Source: Eledone cirrhosa
Lineage: Eukaryota
Assembly (NCBI GenBank): GCA_964016885.1
Contig: OZ024741.1
Span: 365,490,001-365,554,000 of the forward strand
Direction: 5' to 3'
Length of the DNA stretch: 64,000 nucleotides
Position numbers and translations under genes: made by a program
In this document: positions 10,996 through 23,891 of the stretch, piece after piece
Position numbering within the stretch: the stretch's first letter is position 1
Layout: the number at the start of each line of letters is the position of its first letter
Notes under the pieces: generated by a model
What the model was told of the DNA's origin: nothing
Seen by the model: the letters and a program-made list of their open reading frames with translations, nothing else
Database searches by the model: none

Positions 10996-11940
10996 AACAA
11001 AGTCAATCTGTAAACGCAGAAGTGGATATTTCAAAAAACGTTGCAACCGGAGGAAGACAGAAAGACGATACTTTGGTTCATGGAAACGTTCGCTGGCAAA
11101 GAACGGGAAAAAACGAATATAATACGTCATTAATAGGAGCGGTGAAAAACAATTACGAGCAAAGACAGAACCACTTTTATGGTATAAAAGAGGTCGTAGA
11201 CTAATGTTCTCTTAGGTGGTTCATAGAGACGTTCTCTGGCAATGAACGAAAAAAAACGAAGATAATACGTCATATGTGGGGCGTGGAGAATAATAGCACG
11301 CAAAGACAAAACCACGTAAATGGTATAGCAGAAGTCGTAGTCTAAAATACTAACAAGGAGACCGAATGAATCTCCGCTTCAGAGTTAATAACAAAGTAAA
11401 TAAATACAATACAGAAGTAATAGAAATAAATAAATACATACACGCAAACAAATACGTACATACACAAGCATACGCAAAACACTTACCATAGGTATACAAA
11501 ACCACGCACATATAAATATGTGAGTGTGTGTATGCGTGTATACAAATAAATAAATAATTATATAAACGCATATAAATAAATAAATACGTATATAACAAGC
11601 GCACACACATACCTACATGTAAATACACGAATGTTCGGAGACGTAAGTCAACCAAAACATGAAGTACACATATACACACACCCTACATATGTACGAAGCT
11701 GCATACTCGCACAGACACAAAAACCCCGAATAAACATAGCCAAACCATATGTACCAGAATATATAAAAATATACGCCATAACATAAACAATCAAATATAC
11801 GTACGAGAAGGTATGCGTACCTTCACAAAACATACGGGTAATATATACTTACCTATGCAAATAAGTAATGGTATAAACAAAACATATACTTAGCTCCCAC
11901 ATCAAGACGTAAAATATCCACGTATAGATCGTACTATCTG

Positions 11941-14061
11941 TTAGGGTATAACGTGGGGCTGTAATACAGGAAAGTTTTGTGCAATTTATGTTTACAAGCC
12001 TAAATGCCTCAGATTTTTTGTTTAAGATGTGGTCTGTGGCGTAGAGTATTTCCAGGGCCTCAGCGGCGCATATGTCACATGGTCTTTTATTTCCGTTATA
12101 TGATCTAGCCCTAGCTAGCATCTCCCAGTGTAACTTATATTGGGTGTGGTTGTCTTTTAGACACCAGATATAAGCTGAAAGTGACGTCATATTCCTTCTT
12201 AGAGGGTAACGAAAAGAATGGGTATGCATGTAAAGACGCTGCTTGAATCTATTGGCGGTTAACCCTCTGTAGGCCCTACGGGACGTGGGTGTTACAACCT
12301 TACATTTGTAGACAAAGTTACTAGAGAGGCATTTCCCGGATAGGGGGGCAATCAACCCGATTCCTACAATTACAGTTAGTACTAACTACAGGGTTGCACG
12401 TGTTCCTACGGCTAGGTAGTTTAGCTAAATTTGAAGCTGTAATATTATGTGCGAAGTTAGGAGTCGTAGAGTAAGAAATGTTAATAGTACTTCTATTAAA
12501 AATGTTACTATATTTATGTGTAGGGGGAAAATGTTTCGTAATAAGGGAAAGAAAGATCTTAGCTAATGTTGTGGCCACCTCCATATTATATGGTGGGTTA
12601 TACCAACAAATGCGACGGGATCTATTTCTTCTAGGTCTATTTTATTACTCTGTATATGCTACCTTATCAACAAATCCACTTCGAGCAAGAGCTTCATTGT
12701 AATAAGTGGAATGGTCGTTGAAAATACGCTCGTTAGAGGAAAGACGGAAAGCCTCAACGAAACGTTTCTTACCAGGTTCTTGGTTATGCTGGCAGGATGG
12801 TTGGAATGCTTACTTATGTAATTAAGCGTATCATTCGGCTTTCTAAACGGGTAATACAACCCATTCAATAAATTGAGGCTAACGTCGAGGTAATTAACGA
12901 CCGAGAGATTGGCTTCAACCTGTATAGAGAGGTTGAAGCCTTTAAAGAAGGCTGTGAGTTCTTTTCTGAACCTGTCTCAAGCAAGAGGTCCGCACTTAGT
13001 CATGGTCAAAAGACCATCGTCACGGTACAAACCACTGCCCGCGTTGAGGAATTCGTCCTTGATAGAGAAAAGAAGGAAAAGGCCGATAAGATCAGTAACC
13101 TCCGCAGAATCACTGGCGCCCATACTCACGTCGAATGGGGTACTATTGGATTTTTTAATCCAAATAGAGTCGTCGAAATTAATCACCGACTTTCGGGCAT
13201 TGAGGATGACATCAACGCGAAATCCTTAACCACTGTGAGTGTTTTAGCGAAATTGATAGCTCTAAGGAGAAGTGGTAAAGTGATGGAGGAGTAGTAACTG
13301 TTGATGTCGAATTGGATAAAACGGTAATGTTCCTTGTTACATATGCCGTTCAACCAATCAATCACGGCGAAAGAATTGTTCCACAGTGCAAGAGGGGCCA
13401 AACTTCTAATTTCAGGTATAATTCTATCAAGAATCGTTTTACTAAGTCTACCTAAATCGGACTTCGTAGGGTTAATAAGCCGAATAGAGGGGTTGTTCGG
13501 AAAATTGGATTTGTGATCCTTCAGGGTATAGTGGGGAGAAATAGGGTCCAGAGGTTCGGTCAGGTCCAGGATGTTGAGATCAGATGTGATTTTAAACCCA
13601 GCATCGTTGATTTCATTGATGACGCACCGATTAGTTTTAGGGTAATCCTTAGTTACAGCATTATGTAGTAGTTGATGGTAAGTACTGCGCTCCACTTGAT
13701 ATAGGTTGCCAGTTTTGTCGGAATGGACGTGCAAGGCATTAGAATCCTTAATAGAACGAATTCTATTCTTCAGGTCTTGCTGGAAGGAATTACTCCTATT
13801 CCGAAATTTGATACTCCGAATGAGTTCCAAGACATCATTTTCGAAGGGTAGCAATGCTGGGTTACACGGGGGGTTATTATAGGTTTTAAATCCAAATTTA
13901 TCCTGTTTGTTGTCTGCTTTTCGCTGATTATCGAAATAAAAGTCACGCCAACGCAACCTTTTAATGAACGCGTCTGTTTTCTGTATCAGGAGTTTTAGGT
14001 ATGTTTTTCTGCTTGGTACGGGTATGTTCTTTGTAGAAATATTCAGATGTTGTTTCTGCAT
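11941..14061 (-). pseudogene. PLE RT/GIY-YIG polyprotein, frameshifted (~700 codons)
   Basis: Motifs in order across several frames: STKNIPVPS, SDKTGNLY, LKDHK, IRLINPTKS, QFDINSYYSSI, FDVSMGASDSAE, GLYRDDGL, SNHP, WYNPP, CNCRNRVDCP.SGKC, FVYKC..AY.GLT, CDIC..E, LNKKSE. Confidence 0.92.
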
Positions 14062-14201
14062 GATGAATATAAGTCAGTAGAGTGCCAAATAGTAATAATA
14101 ATAAATTTGAAGACTAAAATCCAAAGAGGGCTCGATAAGGATGAATATATATCAAATATATAAGAACCGTAGAGCAAATATTTATTAAAATAACAGATTA
14201 A

Positions 14202-14252
14202 AGTTTAAGCAAAGAATCGCTGCTTTCACCCTTAACGGGATCTTCTGAAACT
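14202..14252 (-). ncRNA. Hammerhead-like motif with CAGAAGA core, family D
   Basis: Same sequence as 10945-10995, ~140 nt upstream of the ORF start. Confidence 0.65.
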
Positions 14253-15557
14253 AACAAAGTCAATCTGTAAACGCAGAAGTGGATATTTCAAAAAACGTTG
14301 CAACCGGAGGAAGACAGAAAGACGATACTTTGGTTCGTGGAAACGTTCGCTGGCAAAGAACGGGAAAAAACGAATATAATACGTCATTAATAGGAGCGGT
14401 GAAAAACAATTACGCGCAAAGACAGAACCACTTTTATGGTATAAAAGAGGTCGTAGACTAATGTTCCCTTAGGTGGTTCATAGAGACGTTCTCTGGCAAT
14501 GAACGAAAAAAACGAAGATAATACGTCATATGTGGAACGTGGAGAACAATAGCACGCAAAGACGAAACCACGTAAATGGTATAGCAGAAGTCGTAGACTA
14601 AAATTCGAACTAGGAGACCGAATGAATCTCCGGTTCAGAGTTAAGAACAAAGTAAATAAATACAATACAGAAGTAATAGAAATAAATAAATACATACACG
14701 CAAACAAATACGTACATACACAAGCATACGCAAAACACTTACCATAGGTATACAAAACCACGCACATATAAATATGTGAGTGTGTGTATGCGAGTATACA
14801 AATAAATAAATAATTATATAAACGTATATAAATAAATAAATACGTATATAACAAGCGCACACACATACCTACATGTAAATACACGAATGTTCGGAGACGT
14901 AAGTCAACCAAAACATGAAGTACACATATACACACACACTACATACGTACGAACCTGCATACTCGCACAGACGCAAAACTCCCGAATACACATAGCCAAA
15001 CCATATGTACCAGAATATATAAAATTATACGCCATAACATAAACAATCAAATATATGTACGAGAAGGTATACGTACCTTCACAAAACATACGGGTAATAT
15101 ATACTTACCTATGCAAATAAGTAATGGTATAAACAAAACATATATTTAGCTACCACATCAAGACGTAAAATATCCACGTATAGATCGTACTATCTGTTAG
15201 GGTATAACGTGGGGCTGTAATACAGGAAAGTTTTGTGCAATTTATGTTTACAAGCTTAAATTGCCTCAGATTTTTTGTTTAAGATGTGGTCTGTGGCGTA
15301 GAGTATTTCCAGGGCCTCAGCGGCGCAGAGGTCACATGGTCTTTTATTTCCGTTATACGATCTAGCCCTAGCCAGTGTAACTTATATTGGGTGTGGCTGT
15401 CTTTTAGACTCCAGATATGAGCTGAAAGTGACGTCATATTCCTTCTTAGAGGGTAACGAAAAGAATGGGTATGCATGTAAAGACGCTGCTTGAATCTGTT
15501 GGCGGTTAACCCTATGTAGGCCCTACGGGACGTGGGTATTACAACCTTACATTTGTA

Positions 15558-16300
15558 AGAAACGTTTCGTTGAGGCTTTCCCGTATTTCCACCAACGAGC
15601 GTATTTTCAACGACCATTCCACAAGAAATAGATCCCGTCGCATTTGTTGGTATAACCCACCATATAATATGGAGGTGGCCACACCATTAGCTAAGATCTT
15701 TCTTTCCCTTATTACGAAGCATTTTCACCCTACACATAAATATAGTAACATTTTTAATAGAAATACTATTAAAATTTATTATTCTACGACTCCTAACCTT
15801 GCACATAACATCACAGCTTCAACTACCTAGCCGTAGGAACACATGCAACCCTGTAGTTAGTACTAACTGTAATTGTGGGAATCGGGTTGATTGCCTCTAT
15901 CCGGGAAATGCCTCTCTAGTAACTTTGTCTACAAATGTAAGGTTGTAACACCCACGTCCCGTAGGGCCTACATAGGGTTAACCGCCAATAGATTCAAGCA
16001 GCGTCTTTACATGCATACCCATTCTTTTCGTTACCCTCTAAGAAGGAATATGACGTCACTTTCAGTTTATATCTGGAGTCTAAAAGACAACCACACCCAA
16101 TATAAGTTACACTGGGAGATCCTAGCTAGGGCTAGATCGTATAACGGAAATAAAAGACCATGTGACCTCTGCGCCGCTGAGGCCCTGGAAATTCTCTACG
16201 CCACAGACCACATCTTAAACAAAAAATCTGAGGCAATTTAGGCTTGTAAACATAAATTGCACAAAACTTTCCTGTATTACAGCCCCACGTTATACCCTAA
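15558..16300 (+). pseudogene. Inverted PLE family D fragment (linker and GIY-YIG)
   Basis: ORFs 15570-15830 and 15891-16241 give ICWYNPP, SGKCLSSNFVYKC..AYIGLT..CDLCAAE. An internal deletion lies near 15622. Confidence 0.88.
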
Positions 16301-17242
16301 CGGATAGAACGATTTATACGTGGATATTTTACGTCTTGATGTGGGAGCTAAGTATATGTTTTGTTTATACCATTACTTATTTGCATAGGTAAGTATATAT
16401 TACCCGTATGTTTTGTGAAGGTACGTATACCTTCTCGTACGTATATTTGATTGTTTATGTTATGGCGTATAATTTTATATATTCTGGTACATATGGTTTG
16501 GCTATGTGTATACGGGAGTTTTGCGTCTGTGTGAGTATGCAGGTTCGTACGTATGTAGGGTGTGTGTATATGTGTACTTCATGTTTTGGTTGACTTACGT
16601 CTCCGAACATTCGTGTATTACATGTAGGTATGTCTGTGCGCTTGTTATATACGTATTTATTTATTTATATGCGTTTATATAATTATTTATTTATTTGTAT
16701 ACACGCATACACACACACACATATTTATATGTGCGTGGTTTTGTATACCTATGGTAAGTGTTTTGCGTATGCTTGTGTATGTACGTATTTGTCTGCGTGT
16801 ATGTATTTATTTATTTCTATTACTTCTGTATTGTATTTATTTACTTTGTTCTTAACTCTGTAGCGGAGATTCATTCGGTCTCCTTGTTAGAATTTTAGTC
16901 TACGACTTCTGCTATACCATTTACGTGGTTTTGTCTTTGCGTGCTATTGTTCTCCATGTTCTACATATGACGTATTATCTTCGTTTTTTTCGTTCATTGC
17001 CAGGAACGTCTCTATGAACCACCTAAGAGAACATTACTCTACGATTTCTTTTATACCATAAACGTGGTTTTGTCTTTGCGCGTAATTGTTTTTCACCGCT
17101 CCTATTAATGGCGTATTATATTCGTTTTTTCCCGTTCCTTGCCAGCAAACGTTTCCACGAACCAAAGTATCGTCTTCCTGTCTTCCTCCGGTTGCAACGT
17201 TTTTTGAAATATCCACTTCTGCGTTTACAAATTGACTTTGTT

Positions 17243-17293
17243 AGTTTCAGAAGATCCCGTTAAGGGTGAAAGCAGTGATTCTTTGATTAAAGT
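17243..17293 (+). ncRNA. Hammerhead-like motif, family D (mutated copy)
   Basis: Same CAGAAGA core; point changes weaken stems I and III. Confidence 0.55.
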
Positions 17294-17401
17294 TTAATCT
17301 GTTATTTTAATAAATAATTGCTCTACGGTTCTTATATATTTGATATATATTTATCCTTATCGGTGCCCTCTTTGGATTTTAGTCTTCAAATTTATTATTA
17401 T

Positions 17402-17439
<38 letters not shown>

Positions 17440-18574
17440 TATATATACGTACACACACACTTTTGCAAAATGGAAGTAGCAAGGTTATTCCAATGACTAA
17501 TATTATTTTGATCATTATTGAAAGTACGGGAGTAAATTCCGGATCTGTTTCGGTTCGGACTGGTCTATTTAAGCCTACTTCATGCTAGAATAATCCTGAT
17601 CGATATATAAATCCCATTAATATAACTATAACAAATAGTGCTCAATTTAGATAAGCCCTCTTCAATTCCATGTAAGCCAGCACGTACTGGAAAAAGTAGA
17701 TAACGATATAAGTGTATCAATAACAAGATAATTGTCATTGGAAACTATTGAACACTGCGCTAATTGAATCAGAGCTATGTATTTTTTTCAATGAACATAT
17801 CCAAATGGCATTGATATTACATTTTGTAATGCTGCAATAGTTATTAGTATCACTAATATAGTGAGGTTTATTCAGTTAATTGAATCGTAACCTAGAATAA
17901 AATGAACCTTCATCAGTTTCGACGATGACTGTTCCTGGTATTTGATCAATAGAATAAACTGCACGCGAAATTCGCATGCAAGTGAACTAAGTATTCCACA
18001 GATACGTGTACCTTTAACGCAATTCTCAGGGAGATTCAGTGTGACAGAATGTAACGAAAACGGGCATTTGAATTACAGGTGCAGCCCATCAGACGAGTTT
18101 CCAGGTAGTTTCCTTCTACTCAAATTCATTCACAAGGCTATGGTAAATGATACCTTTGAACGTGGGATCCAAGAGTCCCTATGATTTATGAATTCCAAAT
18201 GGATGAATGGCAATTGCGGACTTAACTGGATTTGAACTCAGAATATAATGGGAGGCAACTAAATGAGAAATTAGCTCTGCCGCTCTATCGATTTTAAGCT
18301 ATAAGGATGATGGTTTATCTATCAATTTCGACAATGAGTATTCAATTCAATCATCTGGGCGTCCATTTGTGAATTAACTTGTAAGCGGTTGAGTATTCCA
18401 CAGAAAAAAATGTATACTTAACGTAATACTCATGACACGATGTATGACAATGACATTACAGTTATAATCCACAAGACTAGCTTTTATACAGTCACTTTAC
18501 CCAATTAGAAGATGTATATCTACCCATAGCACTTGCCTAATATGTCACGCAGTAGGATCGAATTTGCAATCACA

Positions 18575-18810
18575 TGACTGTGTAAGGCTATAATGCTGAT
18601 TGTAAATTTAGCCATAAAGCCAGTATATTTGTGGGAAGGGGAAAGTTGATTAACACAACCTCAGTATTTGACTGTTACTTTATTTTATCCTGGAATGGTG
18701 AATGACAAATTTGACCTCGATGGCATTTGAACGCAGAATGTAAAGACCTAGAACAAATGCCACAATAGTATTTTATCCGACGCCCTACCAATTCTACCAG
18801 TTTGGTTACG
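18575..18810 (-). mobile_element. Decayed tRNA-derived SINE
   Basis: Reverse complement resembles 19133-19324 (gttcaaatgcc..cgaggtcaa.tttg.c.ttcaccatt..ggataaaataaagta.cagt). Confidence 0.55.
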
Positions 18811-19132
18811 ATGTTGAGATAGCATAAACGGAAGCTGATGTTTAAATCGCTGATGAAAACCATGAGACCGGATTATATCTCAAGAGAACGGAATAGTTTG
18901 TTTTCTTTGATTCAGTCCCTGTTACTACTGTATTACTATCACTGACATTTCCCTGTCAAATGCTTTACATTGCTGTTGATGACTGTGATAATGACCACAC
19001 CACTACATGGTCATGCGGCCTGCTAGAAATAGCTGTCTACCATATTGAAAAGAGAAATACGTCCTGGATAATGTAGTTCTAGATATGTCTAGATAATCTG
19101 AATTATTCTGAATACATTTCCATTGCTAGGGT

Positions 19133-19324
19133 GGTGGATTGGCAGTATCGGTAGAGGGTCTGACACTATGCTTTGCAGTAAAGAGTTACGGCCCTTATGG
19201 TCTGAGTTCAAATCCAGCCGAGGTTAACTTTGCCTTTCATCCTTGCGGGGTCGATAAAATAAAGTACCAGTAATACACTAGGATAATTACTGGTCTTGTG
19301 CCAAAAGTAGAAACAATTATTATT
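19133..19324 (+). mobile_element. tRNA-derived SINE
   Basis: A-box-like tggcagtatcggtag and B-box gagttcaaatcc, body gccgaggttaactttgcctttcatcc..ggggtcgataaaataaagtaccagt, tail attattatt. Multiple copies in the window. Confidence 0.8.
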
Positions 19325-19904
19325 TTCATTGCCGATACTTTCCGCCTAGGCAGAGGAGGCAGGGTTTGAAGCACAGAGCATGGTGGTATACAGCAAAGTG
19401 TCTCTTCCGTTTCTTTATCAATTCAGCCAATCTTTCGCTTCCTAGACTGGTATTTGATTCATCGACGCTGAACGGATGAAAGGTAAAGTTACCCTCGGCG
19501 AGATTTGAACATTGTGCACGGTCAGTCGGAAAAAATATCGAAGAATTGAACTCAATACCTCAAAAACTTTCTTAAATTGCTGCCCTATAATCAAATTTTG
19601 TCCAGCAATACCAACTCATGTTTTTCTACAAACAGAATTTACTATATTAAAACATAATCCAATGTGTCTACGACAGAACAGTATAATCTTAGTAAAGTTG
19701 TGTTGCGGCAATTACATACTCCTTTATTCTATTACTGGTTTCAGCCATTGCACGGCGGCCAGGTTTCGACACCACCTCAAAGTGATTTAGTTCATCATAT
19801 TGAATACAGTTTTTATGGTTTCAATCCTGGTAAATATCGGATCTATTCTTTTTTGTCCGCACACCAGGTTTCGAGACAAAAAAAATGACAGGCATAGACG
19901 CTCG

Positions 19905-19961
<57 letters not shown>

Positions 19962-20463
19962 TTATATAATATAAACTAAAACCAAGTGGTTGCAAAGCGA
20001 ATATCTAAACTACACAGCTCGCTGTTCCTCTCTAGTGAAACACATTTATATAAATTTACCCACGAAGATATTGCACTAACGGATAAAACGTTAAATATAT
20101 TGACTTATAACACTGGTGCAAGGCTATATATTTTGAGGTAGGACATGTTATATTCGATCACTCTACTCCATTATTAGATTGATGCAGATTTCAACAACAC
20201 CAGTAGCATAACAAACGAAATTGACCGCGACGTAATTTGAACTTAGATCATAAAAGACGCGAAATTTAGTACTGTACTCTAATCAGTCAACTAACATGAA
20301 AACATTAAATGAATGATGTATGATGTAGTGTACATTGAGCCATTGTTCATCAACACCAGAAAACAAATTGGCCCGTTTGATTTGACCTTGATCCCAGAAC
20401 GTAAAATTAGTTAACATTTAGTATTGGTTCTAAGCACTCGATTAACACTAAACTATTATATAT

Positions 20464-20650
20464 GTGGATTGGCAGTATCAGTAGAGGGTCGGATGCCATG
20501 CTTTCTAGCATAGTTACGTCCCTTTACGATCTAAGTTCAAATCCCGCCGAGGTTGACTTTGCCTTTCAGCTTTACGGGGTCGATAAAATAAAGTACCAGT
20601 AATGCACTGGGTAATTGCTGGCCTTGTGCCTAAAGTAGAAACAATTATAT
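20464..20650 (+). mobile_element. tRNA-derived SINE (same family)
   Basis: Colinear with 19133-19324 over its whole length. Confidence 0.8.
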
Positions 20651-21406
20651 ATATCAAATTTAGTACGACTGTCTCCAGTACGCTTCATCGTACGCTGAGC
20701 CATATAGTATATTATTCTGGAGGTTACAGAAGATCAGCTACTACATTATATTTCTTGAAATACAGATGCATAAATCGTTATATATATAATAATAAATACA
20801 AGTGGCTTTCTGCCTTATAGACTCAATCTAATGAAGCTGAATATTAGCCTCGTGAAATAACGTATTCGTGGTATTAAATTCCAGCGGCAAATCAAATTGC
20901 CTCGTGTGAATTATAATTACTGAGGCGGCAAAAATGTTATGTTCACTTATAAACACAGTCAACAATAATATATACATATATTCTTTATGAAGTCCAAGTT
21001 TGAGTCTTGTTACTCTGGAGATTCTGTGTACGCACATGTTTGTCAGTTTTAGTGTATATTCATATTATCAGTCGATCATAATATAAAAATGTATGAATGC
21101 ACAGACGATATGTTTATTATATACTAGACCAACCGTTGGGTCACGTTCACTTCAAAATATTTTTAAAAAAATCATGTTCACCTAAAAATAATTTTGAAAT
21201 AATCAAAATATACACAAACATGTATAGAATGTGAAATGAAAATGGAAGACCCATATATATATATACGTGTGTGTATGTGTGTGTGTATATATATATATGT
21301 GTGTATGTATATATGTGGGTGTCTGTGATCTATATACACTGGTGATAGACACACACACACATATATATATACACACACACTCATATATATATATATATAT
21401 ATATAT

Positions 21407-22260
21407 ATGATAATAATGGAGCTGCGGCGTTGCAAATGGGTTACATATGAAAAAGTTTGTCCTTCATCAGTGGCCGTCCAACCGTCGTAGGCATTTCATC
21501 GCTTTAAAGGCCATATACCTCAGGTTGGTGCGAGCAACGGCTAAAAAAGTCGTTGGGACACGTAAATAAAGCAGACGCTAGGGTAAACAAACAAAATGGT
21601 TTGAGCAACAGAAAGTGATGAAGAAAGAAACAAGTCCCAGATTTCTATGAATATAAATTCGGTGGAATCGTGAACGAGAGAATAAAGACCATCAAACCTG
21701 GTTGAAATGTGAGCAAGGAAGGAATTTCGCACAGGTCTAACGGGAGGAAGAAGGGGTCTGGTCTGCGAATTCGGTAAACATAAGTTCTGTGAAGTCGCAG
21801 ACGAGAGAGAGAGACAAAAAATTCATACCGGCTTGGCCAAGAACGCGCGAGAAAAGGATTACGGACAGGTCAAACGGGAAGAAAGGGGAGGAGGAGAGGT
21901 AGTGACAGAGAATGAGTGAGTGAAAGGTGAGGAAGAGGCTAACAGAGAGAGAGAGACTGCTAGAAAGGGTAAAGATACAAAGAACGAAACAGTTGCAGCA
22001 GAGGAAAAAATATGTGTAAATATGATAATAATGGAGCTGCGGCGTTGCAAATGGGTTACATATGAAAAAGTTTGTCTTTCATCAGTGGCCTTAAACCATT
22101 TTGTTTGTTTACCCTAGCGTCCCCTTTATTTACGTGTCCCAACGACTTTTTTTAGCCGTTGCTCGCACCAACCTGAGGTATATGGCCTTTAAAGCGATGA
22201 AATGCCTACGACGGTTGGAAGGCCACTGATGAAGGACAAACTTTTTCATATGTAACCCAT
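21407..22260. mobile_element. ORF-less ~615-bp element with tandem and inverted termini (family G-related)
   Basis: 21407-21474 repeats directly at 22021-22090; 21426-21601 is inverted at ~22093-22260. The left end abuts (TA)n. Confidence 0.7.
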
Positions 22261-22402
22261 AATTATTAAGAATATTTCTCGAATGATGAAAATAGTTTAT
22301 GTCGATTTAAGTGAAATTTGTTTTATCCCTATTTCAGGGTTATGTCACTTGCAGGGCTATTTTTCCATTATGCACCGTTTTTTGGCTATTTACGAAGGTA
22401 TC

Positions 22403-22447
<45 letters not shown>

Positions 22448-22660
22448 TATATATATATATGTCTCTAACTTAAGTACTGTTACACACACGCACACACACA
22501 CATGTCTCTAAGTACGTAAACACATGCACTGGCACACATAAACATACAGATACTCACGGTGGCAGTAGATCTGTGAGAGAGAGAGATAAAGAAATTACGT
22601 TATGGATAGGCGGGGAGTTAATATAAATAAAAGTTAAGGACGTTGACTTTTTCCCTATCT

Positions 22661-23000
22661 GTCAACCCCTCTCTCTCTCATCCCCTCACTCTCTCTCTTT
22701 CTCTTTCTCACCTCATTCTTTCTTTCTCTCTCTCACCCTCACTCTCTCTTTCTCTCTCTCACCCTCACTCTCTCTTTCTCCCTTTCACCCTCACTCTCTC
22801 TTTCTCTCTCTCTGTCTCTCCCTCACCCTCACTCTCTCTTTCTCTCCCTCACTCTCTTTCTCTCCCTCAACCTCACTCTCTCTTTCTCTTTCTCACCCTC
22901 ACTCTCTGTGTCTCTCTCTCTCACTCTCTCTTTCTCTCTCTCACCCTCACTCTATGTGTCTCTCTCTCACCCTCACAATCTCTTTCTCTCTCTCACCCCC
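22661..23000. repeat. CT-rich complex microsatellite (tctctctcaccctcac units)
   Basis: Visible directly in the sequence. Confidence 0.9.
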
Positions 23001-23425
23001 TCTGGACAACCAAAATACAAATGGATTATTTCTTTCGATATTCATTATAAAATAAATCGAATTTAGATGAATTCCTTGCTATCCACGTGCGATTTACGCC
23101 AAACTTGTTTTATTCAGAGTATTTTCTCATTATGCAATATTTTGGCTATTTACGAAGTTTTGCAGGGTTATGTTAATTTCGAAGTATTTTCCCAGTATGC
23201 ACCGCTGTGACTATTTACGAAGGTGGCCCCAAAACCCGCGAACCTAGGGAACCCGGGGTCAGATCTTCGCGAAACTTGTTTTATTCTATTTGTATTCCTA
23301 TTTCAGCGGCAACTTGCTTTCAAAGTATTTACCCATAATGCGCCCTTTTGTCTGTATTACATAACAGACAAGCAAGCAAGCACGCAAGATCAGAGTTTCA
23401 GTAGTATATAGATAGATAGATAGAT

Positions 23426-23819
23426 ATGTTTCTTTATTAGCCACAGGGGCACAAAAGAAGGGGACAAATACAAAGGGGGAAGTTTACATACAATAAAAAC
23501 GTGTAAAATGTTATCACAAATGCAATTTAATAAATTAGTCGATTTTCCCCAATGGGGGGAGACAGTTCATATGGGTAACACATACCCCCTAAAAAATGTG
23601 CAACCCTCATCTCCAGGAGTACGAAGAGTTTGTACTCCTTTCCTCTCCTCCTCCTTTTCCTCAACCTACAGGCTGATATAGAGAGAGAAGGCCCAATCAC
23701 TCGGGCCATTCTCGCCACTTTCACCCACCTTTCATAAAACTTGCTGGGGTACAGCACCTCTCTCTCCATCCTGATTCTTCTTCCAAAGTGGTATTTGAAA
23801 AAGAATCAGTTGTTGGCCG

Positions 23820-23820
<1 letters not shown>
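23426..23820 (-). mobile_element. Short 5'-truncated L1/Tx1-like 3' end flanked by (GATA)n
   Basis: Encodes MEREVLYPSKFYERWVKVARMARV, homologous to the ORF2 end at 24160-24260. AATAAAGAAA at the 3' end. Confidence 0.85.
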
Positions 23821-23870
<50 letters not shown>

Positions 23871-23891
23871 TGATAGATAGATAGATATATA

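Larger units (their letters stand above)
10833..17406. mobile_element. PLE family D: minus-strand 3.26-kb unit with tandem pLTR (14091-15557) and inverted partial copy (15558-17406)
   Basis: 10833-12311 repeats at 14091-15557 (period ~3257); 15558-17406 is a reverse-complement copy. (TA)n on both flanks. Confidence 0.92.

Noticed and set aside
19133-19230. tRNA gene
   Set aside because: A and B boxes are present but there is no cloverleaf, and it continues into a multi-copy SINE body.
22167-22218. Type I hammerhead reading CCAAC-CTGAGGT...GAAA...GTTGG
   Set aside because: Lacks A9, U16.1 and stem III, and the stem is not conserved in the 8.6-8.8-kb homologues.
23040-23412. Helitron/Helentron-like end (repeated tatttacgaag motifs, ending agtagtatatagat)
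   Set aside because: Only a loose resemblance; the diagnostic termini cannot be established.
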